Below are positions 1 through 13,601 of a stretch of 64,000 nt of DNA, piece after piece (the first letter of the stretch is position 1; every line of letters begins with the position of its first letter). This DNA comes from an uncultured Gemmatimonadales bacterium. GTDB taxonomy: Bacteria; Gemmatimonadota; Gemmatimonadetes; Gemmatimonadales; GWC2-71-9. Location: assembly GCA_963748815.1 (NCBI GenBank), contig CAVVKJ010000010.1:1056001-1120000 (forward strand). Reading direction: 5' to 3'. Made by a program: the position numbers and the translations under genes. The notes below the pieces were generated by a model. That model was not told where the DNA came from and did no database searches. It saw only the letters and a program-made list of their open reading frames with translations.

Positions 1-47
1 CCCGCGACGTCTGGCTCGCGCTCGAGGCGCGCGCCGCCGCCGCTTGA
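1..47 (+). CDS. 3' end of an unidentified upstream gene (truncated by window edge)
   Basis: Frame reading RDVWLALEARAAAA ends in TGA at 45-47; too short to identify. Confidence 0.35.
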   Translation, partial: RDVWLALEARAAAA

Positions 48-72
48 TTTCGGGCCACTTTCGGTCTATTCT
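44..72 (+). promoter_or_regulatory. Putative sigma70 promoter of gcvH
   Basis: TTGATT(44-49)-17 nt-TATTCT(67-72), 30 nt upstream of the GTG start. Confidence 0.55.
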
Positions 73-102
73 CCGCCCCGAACAATCTTCCCGGGAGTAC
101 GC

Positions 103-492
103 GTGTCCAACGTGCCGGCCGATCTCCTCTACACCAGCGATCACGAATACGTCAAGAAGACGAGCGACCCCGCCATCGTGCAGGTCGGCATCACCGACTA
201 CGCACAGGGCGAACTGGGCGACGTCGTCTTCGTGAACCTCCCCAAGAAGGGCGACAAGTTCGGGGCCCACGCCGTCTTCGGCACCATCGAGGCGGTCAAG
301 GCGGTCTCCGAGCTCTACAGCCCCCTGGCCGGCGAAGTCGTCGAGGTCAACGGTGGCCTGGACGCCAACCCGGCGGCCATCAACACCGACCCCTACGGCG
401 AGGGCTACCTGGTCAAGATCAAGGTGACCGACGCCGGCGAAATGGGTTCGCTGCTCTCGGCGGAGGCCTACAAGAAGCACATCGGCGAGTAA
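103..492 (+). CDS. gcvH: Glycine cleavage system H protein
   Basis: VGITDYAQGELGDVVFV and lipoyl-lysine motif IEAVKAVSELYSP, INTDPYGEG; SD GGGAG. Confidence 0.97.
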   Translation: MSNVPADLLYTSDHEYVKKTSDPAIVQVGITDYAQGELGDVVFVNLPKKGDKFGAHAVFGTIEAVKAVSELYSPLAGEVVEVNGGLDANPAAINTDPYGEGYLVKIKVTDAGEMGSLLSAEAYKKHIGE

Positions 493-583
493 CACACCGA
501 TGCCGCAGTGCCCCGATTGACCGCGCGCCCCGCTCCCCTCGGACCGGGGCGTGCATTCTTATATGTGGTGAGGACGTAACCCC

Positions 584-3484
<2,901 letters not shown>

Positions 3485-3489
3485 CGCCG

Positions 3490-4260
3490 ATGCGGTGGAC
3501 GCTCCTGCTCGACCCGCTGGGGCGACCCGGATGGCACAACATGGCGGTGGATCAGGCCCTCCTCGACCTCGCGGCCGGGGAGGGTCGTGCATTTCTGCGG
3601 CTCTACCGGTGGCAGCCGCACTGCCTCTCCTTCGGGCGCAACGAACCGGCGCGGAAACGGTACGACCGCGCCGCGATCGCGGCACTCGGGATCGACACCG
3701 TCCGTCGCCCGACGGGTGGACGCGCCGTCTGGCACGCGGAGGAGCTCACCTACGCCGTGGCCGCGCCGATCGAGACGTTCGGGACCCTTGCCGAGACCTA
3801 TCGACAAGTCCACGACACGATTGCCGAGGCACTACGCTCCCTCGGCTTCCCCGCGACGCTTGCGCCTCCGCCCCGGCGGAGCGACGCCCTCGATGCCGGC
3901 GCCTGCTTCGCGTCCCCGGCCGGCGGCGAGGTGGTGATGGACGGGAAGAAGGTCGTGGGCAGCGCCCAGCTCAGGGAGGGAGGCGCCTTCCTGCAACACG
4001 GCTCCATTCTCCTTGCCGGCTCCCAGCAACTGGTCAGCGACGTGACCCTCGGTGCACCGCCGGCCGAAGGTTCGGTCGCGCTGTCCGCAGTTCGAGGTAC
4101 GCCAGTCTCCTTCGAAGAAGTCGCATCGGCAGTCGCAGTTGCGGCCCGCTCGTGGTCAGGCGAATGGGATGAGGAGAGAGCCGATTCGATGCCACTTCCG
4201 GATGCGATCCAACGCCGGGGCGAGCAATTCCGCGGCGACGAGTGGACCTGGCGGAGGTAG
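3490..4260 (+). CDS. Lipoate-protein ligase A family, LipM-like octanoyltransferase
   Basis: ATG at 3490; NMAVDQALL, RRPTGGRAVWH, ACF, KKVVGSAQ, LQHGSI; no LplA C-terminal domain. Confidence 0.85.
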   Translation: MRWTLLLDPLGRPGWHNMAVDQALLDLAAGEGRAFLRLYRWQPHCLSFGRNEPARKRYDRAAIAALGIDTVRRPTGGRAVWHAEELTYAVAAPIETFGTLAETYRQVHDTIAEALRSLGFPATLAPPPRRSDALDAGACFASPAGGEVVMDGKKVVGSAQLREGGAFLQHGSILLAGSQQLVSDVTLGAPPAEGSVALSAVRGTPVSFEEVASAVAVAARSWSGEWDEERADSMPLPDAIQRRGEQFRGDEWTWRR

Positions 4261-4264
4261 GGTT

Positions 4265-4304
4265 CCCCCTCTCCCGGAGGGAGAGGGGGTCAGGGGGTGA
4301 GGGG
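4265..4304. repeat. REP-like palindromic intergenic element
   Basis: CCCCCTCTCCC-GGA-GGGAGAGGGGG perfect 11-bp inverted repeat followed by TCAGGGGGTGAGGGG. Confidence 0.65.
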
Positions 4305-4385
4305 TCGCCCCCGGTTGGCCAAAACCCTTTCCGGTGCGACATTACGAGGGCATCCCGGCCCGATCCCCCCACCCGAGGTTTGCTT

Positions 4386-6008
4386 GTGCGACGCCCCCTC
4401 CTGTCAGCCGCGCTGAGCCTGCTCTTCCTGTTCGCCGCCGCCACGGCAGCGACCGGCCAGGCCGCGACTCGGCAGGAGACGGTGGTCATCCTGATGGGAC
4501 GGGAGCCGGCCACCCCGATCCCCCTGCTGACCCAGGGGATGAGTGCCAACCAGGATGTGGCCAACCTCCTCTTCCTGCCGCTTGCCCAACTCGGCCCCAA
4601 CAACATCACCGTCGGCGACAAGGGCTTTGTCCCCATGCTCGCCCGGAGTTGGGTGCGGCGTGATTCGCTGACGCTGGTCTTCGAGATGGATCCCCGCGCG
4701 CGCTGGCACGATGGCGTCCCGGTGACCGCGCGCGACGCGGCCCTGGCGCTCAACCTCGCCCGGGACTCCACCATCAGCGCCGGTACGGCGCTGCTGCTCC
4801 GCCGGATCGCGAGCGCCACCGCCGAGGACGCCCTGCACCTGGTGGTCCGGTTCAGCGAGGCCTACGACGAACAGTTCTACGATGTCATCTACCAGGTGTC
4901 GCCGCTTCCGGCCCACCTCATCGACACCATTCCGAAGGGCGCGCTCAGGCAGTCCGCGTTTGCCTCCGCGCCGGTCGGCAACGGCCCCTATCGGTGGAGT
5001 CGGCGGGTGCCAGGTCAGCAGCTGGATCTCGTCGCCAACGATCAGTTCTTCCTCGGGAAGTCGGGCCCCCGCCGGGTGACGATTCTCACCGTTACCGATT
5101 CCGACGCGCGGATCAACCTGCTCCTGAGCGGCGGGGCCGACGTCCTCCAGACGCTGGGGACCACCACGGAGATCGCGCGCGTCCAGGCCGACAAGCGGCT
5201 GGCAATCTTCCCGACGCCGTCCTTCACCGTCGGCTACCTCCTCTTCAACCAGCGGGACCCGACCGACCTGAGCCGTCCGCATCCGATCCTGGCCAATCGT
5301 GACGTCCGGGCCGCGCTGCAGATGGCACTCGACATCCCAGCCATCGTCGAAGCCACGTTCGGCCCGTGGGCCAGTATCCCTGTGGGGCCGGTACCCGAAC
5401 TTTCCTGGATCCGGGACCCATCCACCCGGCCCGCCGCGCGGAACACGACCGGCGCGCTGGCGTTGCTGAAGGCGAACGGGTGGTTCGACACCGATGGCGA
5501 CGGGTACCTCGACAAGAGCGGGAAGCCGCTCGCGCTGTCGATCAGTTTTCCGGGGTCGAGCGCGCCCCGCGCACAGATCGCCCTGCTCGTGCAGGAGGAA
5601 CTCCGGCAGATCGGCGTGAAGGTCGAGCTGGCCCGGCTGGAGGGATCGGTCTGGAACGAGCGGAGAAACAAGGGCAACTTCGACATCGACTTCGGCCAGG
5701 CGACCCTCGACCCCTCACCCTACGGCCTCACGCAGAGCTGGGGATGCGCGGGGCGCGGCGGCAGCAACGTCGGGCACTTCTGCGACCCGGCGGTGGACTC
5801 GCTCCTTCGGGCGGCGCAGCTGAGCAGGAAGGATGCGCTGGCCCTCTACCGCCAGGCCGTCCGGACGCTGGTGGACGACGTCCCCGCCATCTTCGTCTAC
5901 TCACCGACGCTCCCCTTCACGGTGGCGAAGCGCATCCGCCGCGTCGAAATCAACCCGACGTACCTCTACTCGGCGCTCTGGCGATGGAACCCGGGCCCCC
6001 TCCCCTGA
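4386..6008 (+). CDS. Peptide/oligopeptide ABC transporter substrate-binding protein (family 5)
   Basis: GTG at 4386 with signal peptide; WHDGVPVTARD, PVGNGPY, DVRAALQMALD. Confidence 0.9.
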   Translation: MRRPLLSAALSLLFLFAAATAATGQAATRQETVVILMGREPATPIPLLTQGMSANQDVANLLFLPLAQLGPNNITVGDKGFVPMLARSWVRRDSLTLVFEMDPRARWHDGVPVTARDAALALNLARDSTISAGTALLLRRIASATAEDALHLVVRFSEAYDEQFYDVIYQVSPLPAHLIDTIPKGALRQSAFASAPVGNGPYRWSRRVPGQQLDLVANDQFFLGKSGPRRVTILTVTDSDARINLLLSGGADVLQTLGTTTEIARVQADKRLAIFPTPSFTVGYLLFNQRDPTDLSRPHPILANRDVRAALQMALDIPAIVEATFGPWASIPVGPVPELSWIRDPSTRPAARNTTGALALLKANGWFDTDGDGYLDKSGKPLALSISFPGSSAPRAQIALLVQEELRQIGVKVELARLEGSVWNERRNKGNFDIDFGQATLDPSPYGLTQSWGCAGRGGSNVGHFCDPAVDSLLRAAQLSRKDALALYRQAVRTLVDDVPAIFVYSPTLPFTVAKRIRRVEINPTYLYSALWRWNPGPLP

Positions 6009-6009
6009 C

Positions 6010-6984
6010 GTGACCCGCTGGCTCCTCAGGCGCCTCGCGCAGGCCGTGCTCACCTTCCTGGTGGTCACGGTGCTGCTATTCGTGCTCATGCGGCTCACGC
6101 CCGGCGACCCGCTCGAGCGGCTCACCGGCGACCGCCAGGTGTCCGCGCAGGAGACCGCCGAACTGCGCCGCCGCTTCGGCATCGACCAGCCCATCACCGA
6201 CCAGTTCACGACGTTCCTGGGCGGCGCCCTCCGCGGCGACCTCGGCGTCTCCATCGAGCACTACCCGACCCGTGTCTCCACCCTGCTCGCCACGCGTCTC
6301 CCCGCCTCGATGCTGCTGGGCGCCACCGTGCTGCTGATGACGTTCGGGATCGGGATCGCGCTCGGCGTCCTGCAGGCGGTACGCCGCGGACAGCCCACCG
6401 ACCGGTGGCTCACCCGCGCCTCGCTCGCCTTCTACGCGATGCCCTCCTTCTGGCTCGGGTTGGTGCTCGCCTGGTACTTCGGCATCCGGCATCAGTGGCT
6501 GCCGGTGGCGCAGATGCACGACCCGCTCCTCGGCCCCGACGCCGGCTGGCTCGCCAGCACCGGCGACCTGTTGCGCCACCTCGTCCTCCCCGCGGTGACC
6601 CTCACCGCCGTGAGTCTCGCCGCCGTCATGCGCTATCAGCGCACCGCCCTCCTCGAGGTGCTGCGGCTCGACTTCGTCCTCGCGGCCCGCGCGCGCGGCC
6701 TCCCCGAGCGCCAGGTCCTCTGGCGCCACGCCTGGCGGAACGCGCTCTTCCCTGTGATCGGCCTCCTCGGGCTCTGGCTGCCGATTCTCGTGTCCGGATC
6801 AGTCTTTGTGGAGCAGGTGTTCAACTGGCCGGGGCTCGGTTCGCTCGCGGCCAACGCGGTCGGCGCGCGCGACTACCCGGTCATCCTCGGCACCGCGATG
6901 CTGGTGTCCGCCCTGGTCCTCCTGGGCGGCATCCTGGCCGACCTCGGCTACTATGCCCTCGACCCGCGGGTGCGCCGCGCATGA
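6010..6984 (+). CDS. Peptide ABC transporter permease (OppB/DppB-like)
   Basis: PGDP, GDLGVS, EAA loop DFVLAARARGL, VEQVFNWPGLG, LDPRVR. Confidence 0.93.
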   Translation: MTRWLLRRLAQAVLTFLVVTVLLFVLMRLTPGDPLERLTGDRQVSAQETAELRRRFGIDQPITDQFTTFLGGALRGDLGVSIEHYPTRVSTLLATRLPASMLLGATVLLMTFGIGIALGVLQAVRRGQPTDRWLTRASLAFYAMPSFWLGLVLAWYFGIRHQWLPVAQMHDPLLGPDAGWLASTGDLLRHLVLPAVTLTAVSLAAVMRYQRTALLEVLRLDFVLAARARGLPERQVLWRHAWRNALFPVIGLLGLWLPILVSGSVFVEQVFNWPGLGSLAANAVGARDYPVILGTAMLVSALVLLGGILADLGYYALDPRVRRA

Positions 6985-7823
6985 CCGGCTCGCTCTGGCG
7001 GCTCCTCTCGCGCACCGTCGCGAATCCCTCGGGACGGATCGGGCTGCTCATCCTCGCGCTGCTCACGGCGTTTGTGCTCATCGGACCCTGGCTCCTCCCC
7101 GACCCGAATGCGATGCCCGACCTGATGGCCGGCGCCCTCGCCCCCGGCGCGGGGCACCCCTTCGGCACCGACCAGCTCAATCGGGACGTCCTGGCGCGCG
7201 TGGTCACCGGCGGACGGATCTCGCTCTCCATCTCTGCGCTCGCGGTCGCGCTCGCCATCCTGCTCGGGGCGCTGGTCGGCGGCCTCGCCGGCTTCTACGG
7301 CGGATGGCTCGACGGCGCCCTGATGCGCGTCGTCGACGGCGCGCTCGCCATCCCCCGGCTCTTCCTCCTCCTGCTCCTGGTGGCCGTCTGGGAGCAGATG
7401 CCGCTTGCCGCGCTGGTCCTGGTGCTCGGCGCCACCGGCTGGTTCGGCACCAGCCGCATCGTCCGCGGCGAGATCCTGCGACTGCGGGAGGCGGAGTTCG
7501 TCTTTGCGGCCCGGGCGCTCGGCGCAGGTCCGGGACGGATTATCTTCCGGCACCTGCTCCCGAACGTCGCCGGGCCCCTGCTCGTGGCGGCCACCCTCGG
7601 CGTGGGTGACGTGATCCTCCTCGAGGCGGGACTGTCGTTTCTCGGCGTGGGCGTCCGCCCGCCGACCCCCTCCTGGGGCGGCATGATCCTCGACGCCCGG
7701 TCGCTCCTGACGACGGCGCCCTGGGCCAGCCTCTTTCCCGGCCTGGCCATCGTCGTGACCGTCCTGGCCGTCAATCTCATCGGCGACGCCCTGCGCGGCG
7801 CCCTCGACCCCCGGAGCGCATGA
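6981..7823 (+). CDS. Peptide ABC transporter permease (OppC/DppC-like)
   Basis: [41 protein letters not shown] overlap. Confidence 0.93.
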   Translation: MTGSLWRLLSRTVANPSGRIGLLILALLTAFVLIGPWLLPDPNAMPDLMAGALAPGAGHPFGTDQLNRDVLARVVTGGRISLSISALAVALAILLGALVGGLAGFYGGWLDGALMRVVDGALAIPRLFLLLLLVAVWEQMPLAALVLVLGATGWFGTSRIVRGEILRLREAEFVFAARALGAGPGRIIFRHLLPNVAGPLLVAATLGVGDVILLEAGLSFLGVGVRPPTPSWGGMILDARSLLTTAPWASLFPGLAIVVTVLAVNLIGDALRGALDPRSA

Positions 7824-8797
7824 CCCCACTGCTGGAAGTTGAGGACCTGCGCATCGCCTTCCCGTCGTCGGGCGGCACCTCGCGCCCGGTGGACGGCGTG
7901 AGCTTCTCGCTGTCGAAGGGGGAGCTGCTCGCCGTGGTCGGCGAATCAGGCTGCGGCAAGAGCCTGACCTCCCTCGCTCTCCTCCGCCTCGTCCCGCCCC
8001 CGGGCCAGATTCTCCCCGGCAGCGCCATCCGCCTCGACGGCACCGACGTGCTCGCGTTGGGCGATGCAGAGCTGCGCGCCATCCGGGGCCGCCGCATCGG
8101 GATGATCTTCCAGGATCCGATGACCAGCCTCAACCCGGTCTTCACCGTGGCCGACCAGATCAGCGAGAGCGTCCGGGCGCACCAGCGCGTCTCAAAGCAC
8201 GCCGCCCGAGCCCGCGCCCTTGAGCTGCTGCGGGAAGTGGGGATCCCGGACCCCGTCGAGCGACTCGACAATTATCCGCACCAGATGAGCGGCGGCATGC
8301 GGCAGCGGGTGATGATCGCCATCGCCCTCGCCTCGGAGCCGGAGCTCCTCATTGCCGACGAACCGACCACGGCGCTCGACGTGACGGTGCAGGCCCAGAT
8401 TCTCGAGCTGCTCGACGGCCTCCGCGCGGCGCGCGGCATGGCCGTGCTCCTGATCACCCACGACCTCGGCATCGTGGCGGGTCGCGCCGATCGGGTGGCG
8501 GTGATGTACGCCGGCCGGCTCGTGGAAGAGGCTCGCACCGCCGACTTGTTCGCCCGTCCCTCGCATCCCTACACCAAGGGGCTGCTCGCCTCCGTGCCGC
8601 GCATCACCGGGGCGGTCACCCGGCTCACGCCGATCGCCGGCACCGTACCGCCCCCCACGGCGTGGCCCTCCGGCTGCCGATTTCACCCGCGGTGTCCTGC
8701 CGCCCTTTCCCGCTGCGCCACCGACGATCCCCCCGCCCTGGCCCTCGGACAGCACCACCGGATGCGCTGCTGGCTGGCCGAAGGTGGGGCATCGTGA
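7820..8797 (+). CDS. Peptide ABC transporter ATP-binding protein (OppD-like)
   Basis: Walker [27 protein letters not shown]-terminal CRFHPRC. Confidence 0.95.
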   Translation: MTPLLEVEDLRIAFPSSGGTSRPVDGVSFSLSKGELLAVVGESGCGKSLTSLALLRLVPPPGQILPGSAIRLDGTDVLALGDAELRAIRGRRIGMIFQDPMTSLNPVFTVADQISESVRAHQRVSKHAARARALELLREVGIPDPVERLDNYPHQMSGGMRQRVMIAIALASEPELLIADEPTTALDVTVQAQILELLDGLRAARGMAVLLITHDLGIVAGRADRVAVMYAGRLVEEARTADLFARPSHPYTKGLLASVPRITGAVTRLTPIAGTVPPPTAWPSGCRFHPRCPAALSRCATDDPPALALGQHHRMRCWLAEGGAS

Positions 8798-9771
8798 CGA
8801 CACCCTTGATCGAAGTGCGCGACCTGGTCAAGCACTACAAGGCCACCGGATTCCTGGCGCGGAAGTCGCCGCCGGTCCGCGCGGTGGACGGCGTCTCCTT
8901 CACCGTCGGCAAGGGGGAGACGCTCGGCCTCGTCGGGGAATCCGGCTGCGGCAAGTCGACGGTCGGGCGCACGATCCTCCGGCTGCAGGACGCCACGGCG
9001 GGGTCGGTCTCGTTCGATGGTTCGGATTTCTTTGCGCTGGATGCGGCCGCGCTGCGGCAGGCCCGCCGCCGGCTCCAGATCATCTTCCAGGATCCGTACA
9101 GCTCGCTCAACCCGCGGATGACCGTCGGCGACGCGATCGCCGAGGGGATCGAGATTCACCGGCTCGCGCCGCGCGCCGAGATTCCCGGGCGCGTGGCGCA
9201 ACTGCTGGAGGAAGTCGGCCTCGACGCCGGCTACGCGACACGCTATCCGCACGAGTTCTCCGGCGGTCAGCGCCAGCGGATCGGCATCGCACGGGCGCTC
9301 GCGGTCGAACCCGCGTTCATCGTCTGTGACGAACCGGTGTCCGCGCTCGACGTGTCGGTGCAGGCGCAGGTGTTGAACCTCCTGGCCGACCTGCAGGCGC
9401 GGCGCGGCATCTCCTACCTGTTCATCGCGCACGACCTCGCGGTGGTGCGGCAGATCGCGCACCGGGTGGCGGTGATGTACCTCGGGCGCATCGTCGAGAC
9501 GGGCCCGACCGAGGACATCCTCGCACGCCCCGCGCACCCCTACACGAAGGCCCTGCTCTCCGCGGTGCCGGTGCCCGATCCGGAGACGCAGCGGCTGCGC
9601 ATCGTGCTCCCCGGAGACCCGCCGAGTCCCTCCAATCCCCCGCCGGGGTGCGCCTTCCACCCCCGGTGCCCGCACCCCGCCAAGGACGCGAGGTGCACGA
9701 CGGAGCGACCGATCCTGCACCAGATCGGCGGAGCGGAGGTGGCCTGCCACCATGCGTTGGCCGCCACATGA
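8794..9771 (+). CDS. Peptide ABC transporter ATP-binding protein (OppF-like)
   Basis: GTG at 8794; [33 protein letters not shown]. Confidence 0.95.
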   Translation: MTTPLIEVRDLVKHYKATGFLARKSPPVRAVDGVSFTVGKGETLGLVGESGCGKSTVGRTILRLQDATAGSVSFDGSDFFALDAAALRQARRRLQIIFQDPYSSLNPRMTVGDAIAEGIEIHRLAPRAEIPGRVAQLLEEVGLDAGYATRYPHEFSGGQRQRIGIARALAVEPAFIVCDEPVSALDVSVQAQVLNLLADLQARRGISYLFIAHDLAVVRQIAHRVAVMYLGRIVETGPTEDILARPAHPYTKALLSAVPVPDPETQRLRIVLPGDPPSPSNPPPGCAFHPRCPHPAKDARCTTERPILHQIGGAEVACHHALAAT

Positions 9772-10169
9772 GTCGCACCCGCATCTCCAGCGGCGCCCCC
9801 TGGGAGGCGATCGTCGGGTACTCCCGTGCCGTCCGCATGGGTCGCTGGGTGCACGTGTCGGGCACCACCGCCACTGACGGTAAGGGTGGCATCGTCGGCG
9901 AGGGAGACGTCTACGCGCAGGCGGTCCAGACCCTCGACAACATCGAACGCGCCCTGCTCCAGGCCGGCGCGACAATGGCCGACGTGGTCCGCACCCGCAT
10001 GTACGTGACAAACATCGACCAATGGGAAGCCGTCGGGCGGGCCCATGGCGAGCGGTTCGGCGACATCCGGCCCGCCACCAGCATGGTGGAGGTGAGTCGG
10101 CTCATCGACCCCCGCATGCTCGTCGAAATCGAGGCCGACGCCCGACTCGACGGGGCCGACGACGACTGA
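9768..10169 (+). CDS. RidA/YjgF family protein
   Basis: [28 protein letters not shown]...LVEIEA. Confidence 0.9.
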   Translation: MSRTRISSGAPWEAIVGYSRAVRMGRWVHVSGTTATDGKGGIVGEGDVYAQAVQTLDNIERALLQAGATMADVVRTRMYVTNIDQWEAVGRAHGERFGDIRPATSMVEVSRLIDPRMLVEIEADARLDGADDD

Positions 10170-10197
10170 CCCCGTTCTCCCTCCAGGAACACCGACC

Positions 10198-10986
10198 ATG
10201 CCGCTGCCGCTCCATCACATCGACGCTTTCACTGACCGCCCCTTCGCGGGCAACCCCGCCGCGGTCTGCCTCCTCGAGCGCGACATGGACGCCGCCTGGA
10301 TGCAGTCGGTCGCGGCGGAAATGAACCTCTCCGAGACCGCCTTCCTCCTGCCACGCCCCGATGGCTTCGGCCTCCGCTGGTTCACGCCCGCGGTCGAGGT
10401 GGAACTCTGCGGACACGCGACGCTGGCCAGCGCGCACTTCCTCTGGTCAGAGCGGCTCATCAAGCCGAAGGCCGTCGCCCGCTTCCACACCCTGAGCGGC
10501 GTCCTGACCGCAACGCAGCGGGACGGATGGATCGAACTCGATTTCCCCGCCACGCCAGCGACCCCCGCCCCCGCCCCCGCGGGGATGGCGGCCGCCCTCG
10601 GCTGCGCGCCGGTCGCGGTGGCCAAGTCGGCGTACGACTACCTGATCGAGGTGGCGAAGGAATCCGAGGTGCGCGCACTCGAACCGGACTACCGCGCGCT
10701 CCGGGTGGTGAATGCGCGCGGCGTGATCGTCACTGCCGTCGGCGACAACGGGAAGTACGATTTCGTCTCCCGGTTCTTCGGCCCCGCCGTCGGCATCGAC
10801 GAGGATCCGGTGACCGGCTCGGCGCACTGCGTCCTCGGCCCCTACTGGCAGGAGCGGCTCGGCAAGTCCTCGTTCCTGGCCTATCAGGCCTCACCGCGCG
10901 GCGGCGAGGTCCGGGTCGAGGTGAAGGGCGACCGCGTCCACCTCGGTGGGAAGGCCGTCACCGTGTCGCGCGGGGAACTCCTGTGA
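10198..10986 (+). CDS. PhzF family isomerase/epimerase
   Basis: DAFT..F.GNPAAV, EMNLSETAF, ELCGHATLA, EDPVTGSAH. Confidence 0.93.
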   Translation: MPLPLHHIDAFTDRPFAGNPAAVCLLERDMDAAWMQSVAAEMNLSETAFLLPRPDGFGLRWFTPAVEVELCGHATLASAHFLWSERLIKPKAVARFHTLSGVLTATQRDGWIELDFPATPATPAPAPAGMAAALGCAPVAVAKSAYDYLIEVAKESEVRALEPDYRALRVVNARGVIVTAVGDNGKYDFVSRFFGPAVGIDEDPVTGSAHCVLGPYWQERLGKSSFLAYQASPRGGEVRVEVKGDRVHLGGKAVTVSRGELL

Positions 10987-11318
10987 GCGAGGCGGCCGTC
11001 GAGGCCTTCGGCCTTCTCGACATGCGTGTCGGTCGGATCACCCGCGCCGAACCCAACACCGGCGCGCGCAAGCCGTCGTACCGCCTCTGGGTGGACTTTG
11101 GCGACCTGGGCCAGCGCACCTCGAGCGCGCAACTCACCGAGGTGTACACGGCGGAGGAATTGGTGGGTCGCCAGGTCGTCGCGGCGGTGAACCTCGGATC
11201 CCGGCGCATCGCGGGCTTCCTGTCGGAGGTGCTGGTGCTCGGGGTGCCGAACGAGGCGGGACAGGTCGTACTGCTGCAACCAGAACGGACCGTGCCGCTC
11301 GGCGGCCGAGTCTACTGA
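10983..11318 (+). CDS. csaA: CsaA/Trbp111-like tRNA-binding OB-fold protein
   Basis: LDMRVGRI, SSAQLT, VNLGSRRIAGFLSEVLVLG, VPLGGRVY. Confidence 0.85.
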   Translation: MSEAAVEAFGLLDMRVGRITRAEPNTGARKPSYRLWVDFGDLGQRTSSAQLTEVYTAEELVGRQVVAAVNLGSRRIAGFLSEVLVLGVPNEAGQVVLLQPERTVPLGGRVY

Positions 11319-11329
11319 GGGGTGTGACG

Positions 11330-12154
11330 ATGCGGGTCTATCTGTCGGTGGACATGGAGGGCGTGGCGGGGGTGGTGCACGAGGACCAGACCAACCCGAT
11401 CGACCCGAACTGCGCCGGCGAGTACGGGCGCTTCCGGCGGATCATGACCGGTGAAGCCAACGCGGCCGTGGAGGGTGCCCTGTCGGCGGGCGCCACTCGC
11501 GTGGTGGTCAACGACAGCCACTGGCTGATGCGGAACCTCCTGGCCGAGGAACTCCACCCAGCCGCCGAACTGGTGAGCGGCTCGACCAAGCCCCGCTCGA
11601 TGCTGGAAGGCATCGAGGAGGGATTCGAAGCCGCCTGCTTCATCGGGTACCACGCCCGGGCCGGGACGGCGCACGCCGTCCTCGATCACACCTACACCGA
11701 CCGGATCTTTCGGGTGACGCTCAATGGGCAGGAGGTGGGCGAACTCGGGCTGAACGCTGCGCTGGCGGGAAGATTCGGCGTGCCGGTGGCGCTGGTATCG
11801 GGCGACCAGGCGCTCGCCGCGGAATGCGACGGGCTGCTCGGCCCGGGCACCCGTGCGGTCGTGGTGAAGCACGCCGTGGCCCGGCACGGGGCGCGGTCAC
11901 TGGCCCCCTCGGAGGCGTGCCGGCTCATCCGCGAGGGAGTCGCAGCGGCGGTGCGCCAGCCGCCGACGCCGTGGACGGTCTCGTCGCCGGCCACGATCGA
12001 GGTGGAGTTTTGCTCGAGTCATCACGCCGACATGGCCGAGCTGGTCCCGGGCGCGCACCGCACCGGAGGGCGGACGGTGCGGGTGACACACGTGGACTAC
12101 GCCGAGGCGTTCACGGCGTTCCGGGCACTGTACAACCTGGCGTCGGTGCCCTGA
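11330..12154 (+). CDS. dppA: D-aminopeptidase, peptidase M55 family
   Basis: SVDMEG, NDSH, IGYHA, DHTY, VGELGLN, VSGD zinc-ligand motifs. Confidence 0.92.
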   Translation: MRVYLSVDMEGVAGVVHEDQTNPIDPNCAGEYGRFRRIMTGEANAAVEGALSAGATRVVVNDSHWLMRNLLAEELHPAAELVSGSTKPRSMLEGIEEGFEAACFIGYHARAGTAHAVLDHTYTDRIFRVTLNGQEVGELGLNAALAGRFGVPVALVSGDQALAAECDGLLGPGTRAVVVKHAVARHGARSLAPSEACRLIREGVAAAVRQPPTPWTVSSPATIEVEFCSSHHADMAELVPGAHRTGGRTVRVTHVDYAEAFTAFRALYNLASVP

Positions 12155-13601
12155 CCTCGGCCAGCGCGCGCGACGCCGCCAGGCGGGAGAGGTTCCACTC
12201 GGTCCCCGCCTTCGAATCCCGCCCCCACCGCGCCTCCAGCTCCGCCAGCGCCATGCACTGATCCGCGGCGGACATCGACTCCGCCCCGCGCAGCACCGTC
12301 GGCACGGCGTCGGCGCTCAGGCTCGTCAGGTACGGTCGATCCAGCGACACGCCGCCGCGTGCACGCTCGAGGTTGACCCCGGCGATGAGGGCGTCGGGAT
12401 TGATCACGTTGAGCGCCAGCAGGACCGCGAAGGCCCCCGCCAGCGCGCCCGGCACGAAGCGCGACCGCCGCCCCCGCAGCACCGTCGCCCCGAACCACCC
12501 GAACATCCCGGCCAGCCACGCCATGAACGCGATGGTGTAGAAGCGCTGCTCGGTCAGGCCATAGAACGACTCGTAGAGCACCATCCGGTGGAAGGCGCTG
12601 GCGAGAATCAGCACGAGCAGGACGATGACGGCGGCCGTCAGCCGGTGAAACCGGGCCACCGCAGCGTGCTCGCGACCGCTCAGGCACCAGTCGGCGAAGT
12701 ACAGGATTGGCATCGAAAGCGCCGCCACCGCGACCATCTCGAAGAACCCCTGCCGGGCGTATTGCGAAATGGTGATCCCCATCGTCGCCTGGAAGTCCTG
12801 CGCGGACAGGAACAGCTCGCCCGCCTGGAATCCGACGAAGACCGCCAGCAGCCCGCCGATCGCGGCGACGAAGGTGTAGAGGATGGTGGGTTGCAATTCC
12901 GGCCGCGGCAACACCGGCGCCGGCCGGCGCCCCTCCAGCCAGAACCCGCTCCGCAGGAGGCCGACGCCGATCCAGCTGAACACGCCGACCCGCACCACGT
13001 GATCCACCTGCTCGAACAGGTCGAACCTGAACGCCCGGGACATCGTGTCGGCAAAGAGAGGATCGGCGGAGCCGAGGAGCGACCCGAAGACCAGCAGGAC
13101 CGGGATGGCGGCGACGAGCCCGATTCCGACCGAGGCGAGGCGGCGCGTCCTGCCCGTCACCGGAAGGCCCGTCCACTCGATGTCGCCGGCCAGCGCCGGC
13201 AACGGTCCGAGGAGGATGCCACCCGCCACCCGGAGGCCACCGAGGACGAGCGCGGCGACCGGAATCTGGCTCAGCGTCCTGACCTGGCTGGTCGCCGCGA
13301 CGAGGACCAGCAACATGCCGAGCCACAGCAGGTTGAGCGCGAAGAGTGCCTCAGAGTCCCGCCAGATGAGGCAGGGAATTGTCACCCACGCGGCCAGGGC
13401 CAGCCATCGCGCCGGCGGAAGCACAGCAAGTGCGCCGGCGCGGATGAGCGCGGTGGCGCCCAACAAGGCGGCGCCGATCCAGAGCGCGAGACTGAGCCGC
13501 TCCGGCACCCAAAGCTGCAGTGCCTCTCCCGAAATTCCCAGGAGCAGGCCGACGCTGAGCAGGGCGAGCGCCCTCGAGGTACGACTCTGCACGCCGCTCA
13601 C
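12111..13601 (-). CDS. DUF4153/DUF4173 family polytopic membrane protein
   Basis: LLGSADPLF, YARQGFFEMV, RM.LY...YGLT..R, INPDALIA..N, YL.SLSADAVP; many TM segments. Confidence 0.85.
   Translation of the reverse strand: MSGVQSRTSRALALLSVGLLLGISGEALQLWVPERLSLALWIGAALLGATALIRAGALAVLPPARWLALAAWVTIPCLIWRDSEALFALNLLWLGMLLVLVAATSQVRTLSQIPVAALVLGGLRVAGGILLGPLPALAGDIEWTGLPVTGRTRRLASVGIGLVAAIPVLLVFGSLLGSADPLFADTMSRAFRFDLFEQVDHVVRVGVFSWIGVGLLRSGFWLEGRRPAPVLPRPELQPTILYTFVAAIGGLLAVFVGFQAGELFLSAQDFQATMGITISQYARQGFFEMVAVAALSMPILYFADWCLSGREHAAVARFHRLTAAVIVLLVLILASAFHRMVLYESFYGLTEQRFYTIAFMAWLAGMFGWFGATVLRGRRSRFVPGALAGAFAVLLALNVINPDALIAGVNLERARGGVSLDRPYLTSLSADAVPTVLRGAESMSAADQCMALAELEARWGRDSKAGTEWNLSRLAASRALAEVRAPTPGCTVPGTP

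Noticed and set aside
493..583. Glycine riboswitch between gcvH and gcvP
   Set aside because: Only a simple GC hairpin (about 523-554); the conserved glycine-aptamer motifs were not recognised.
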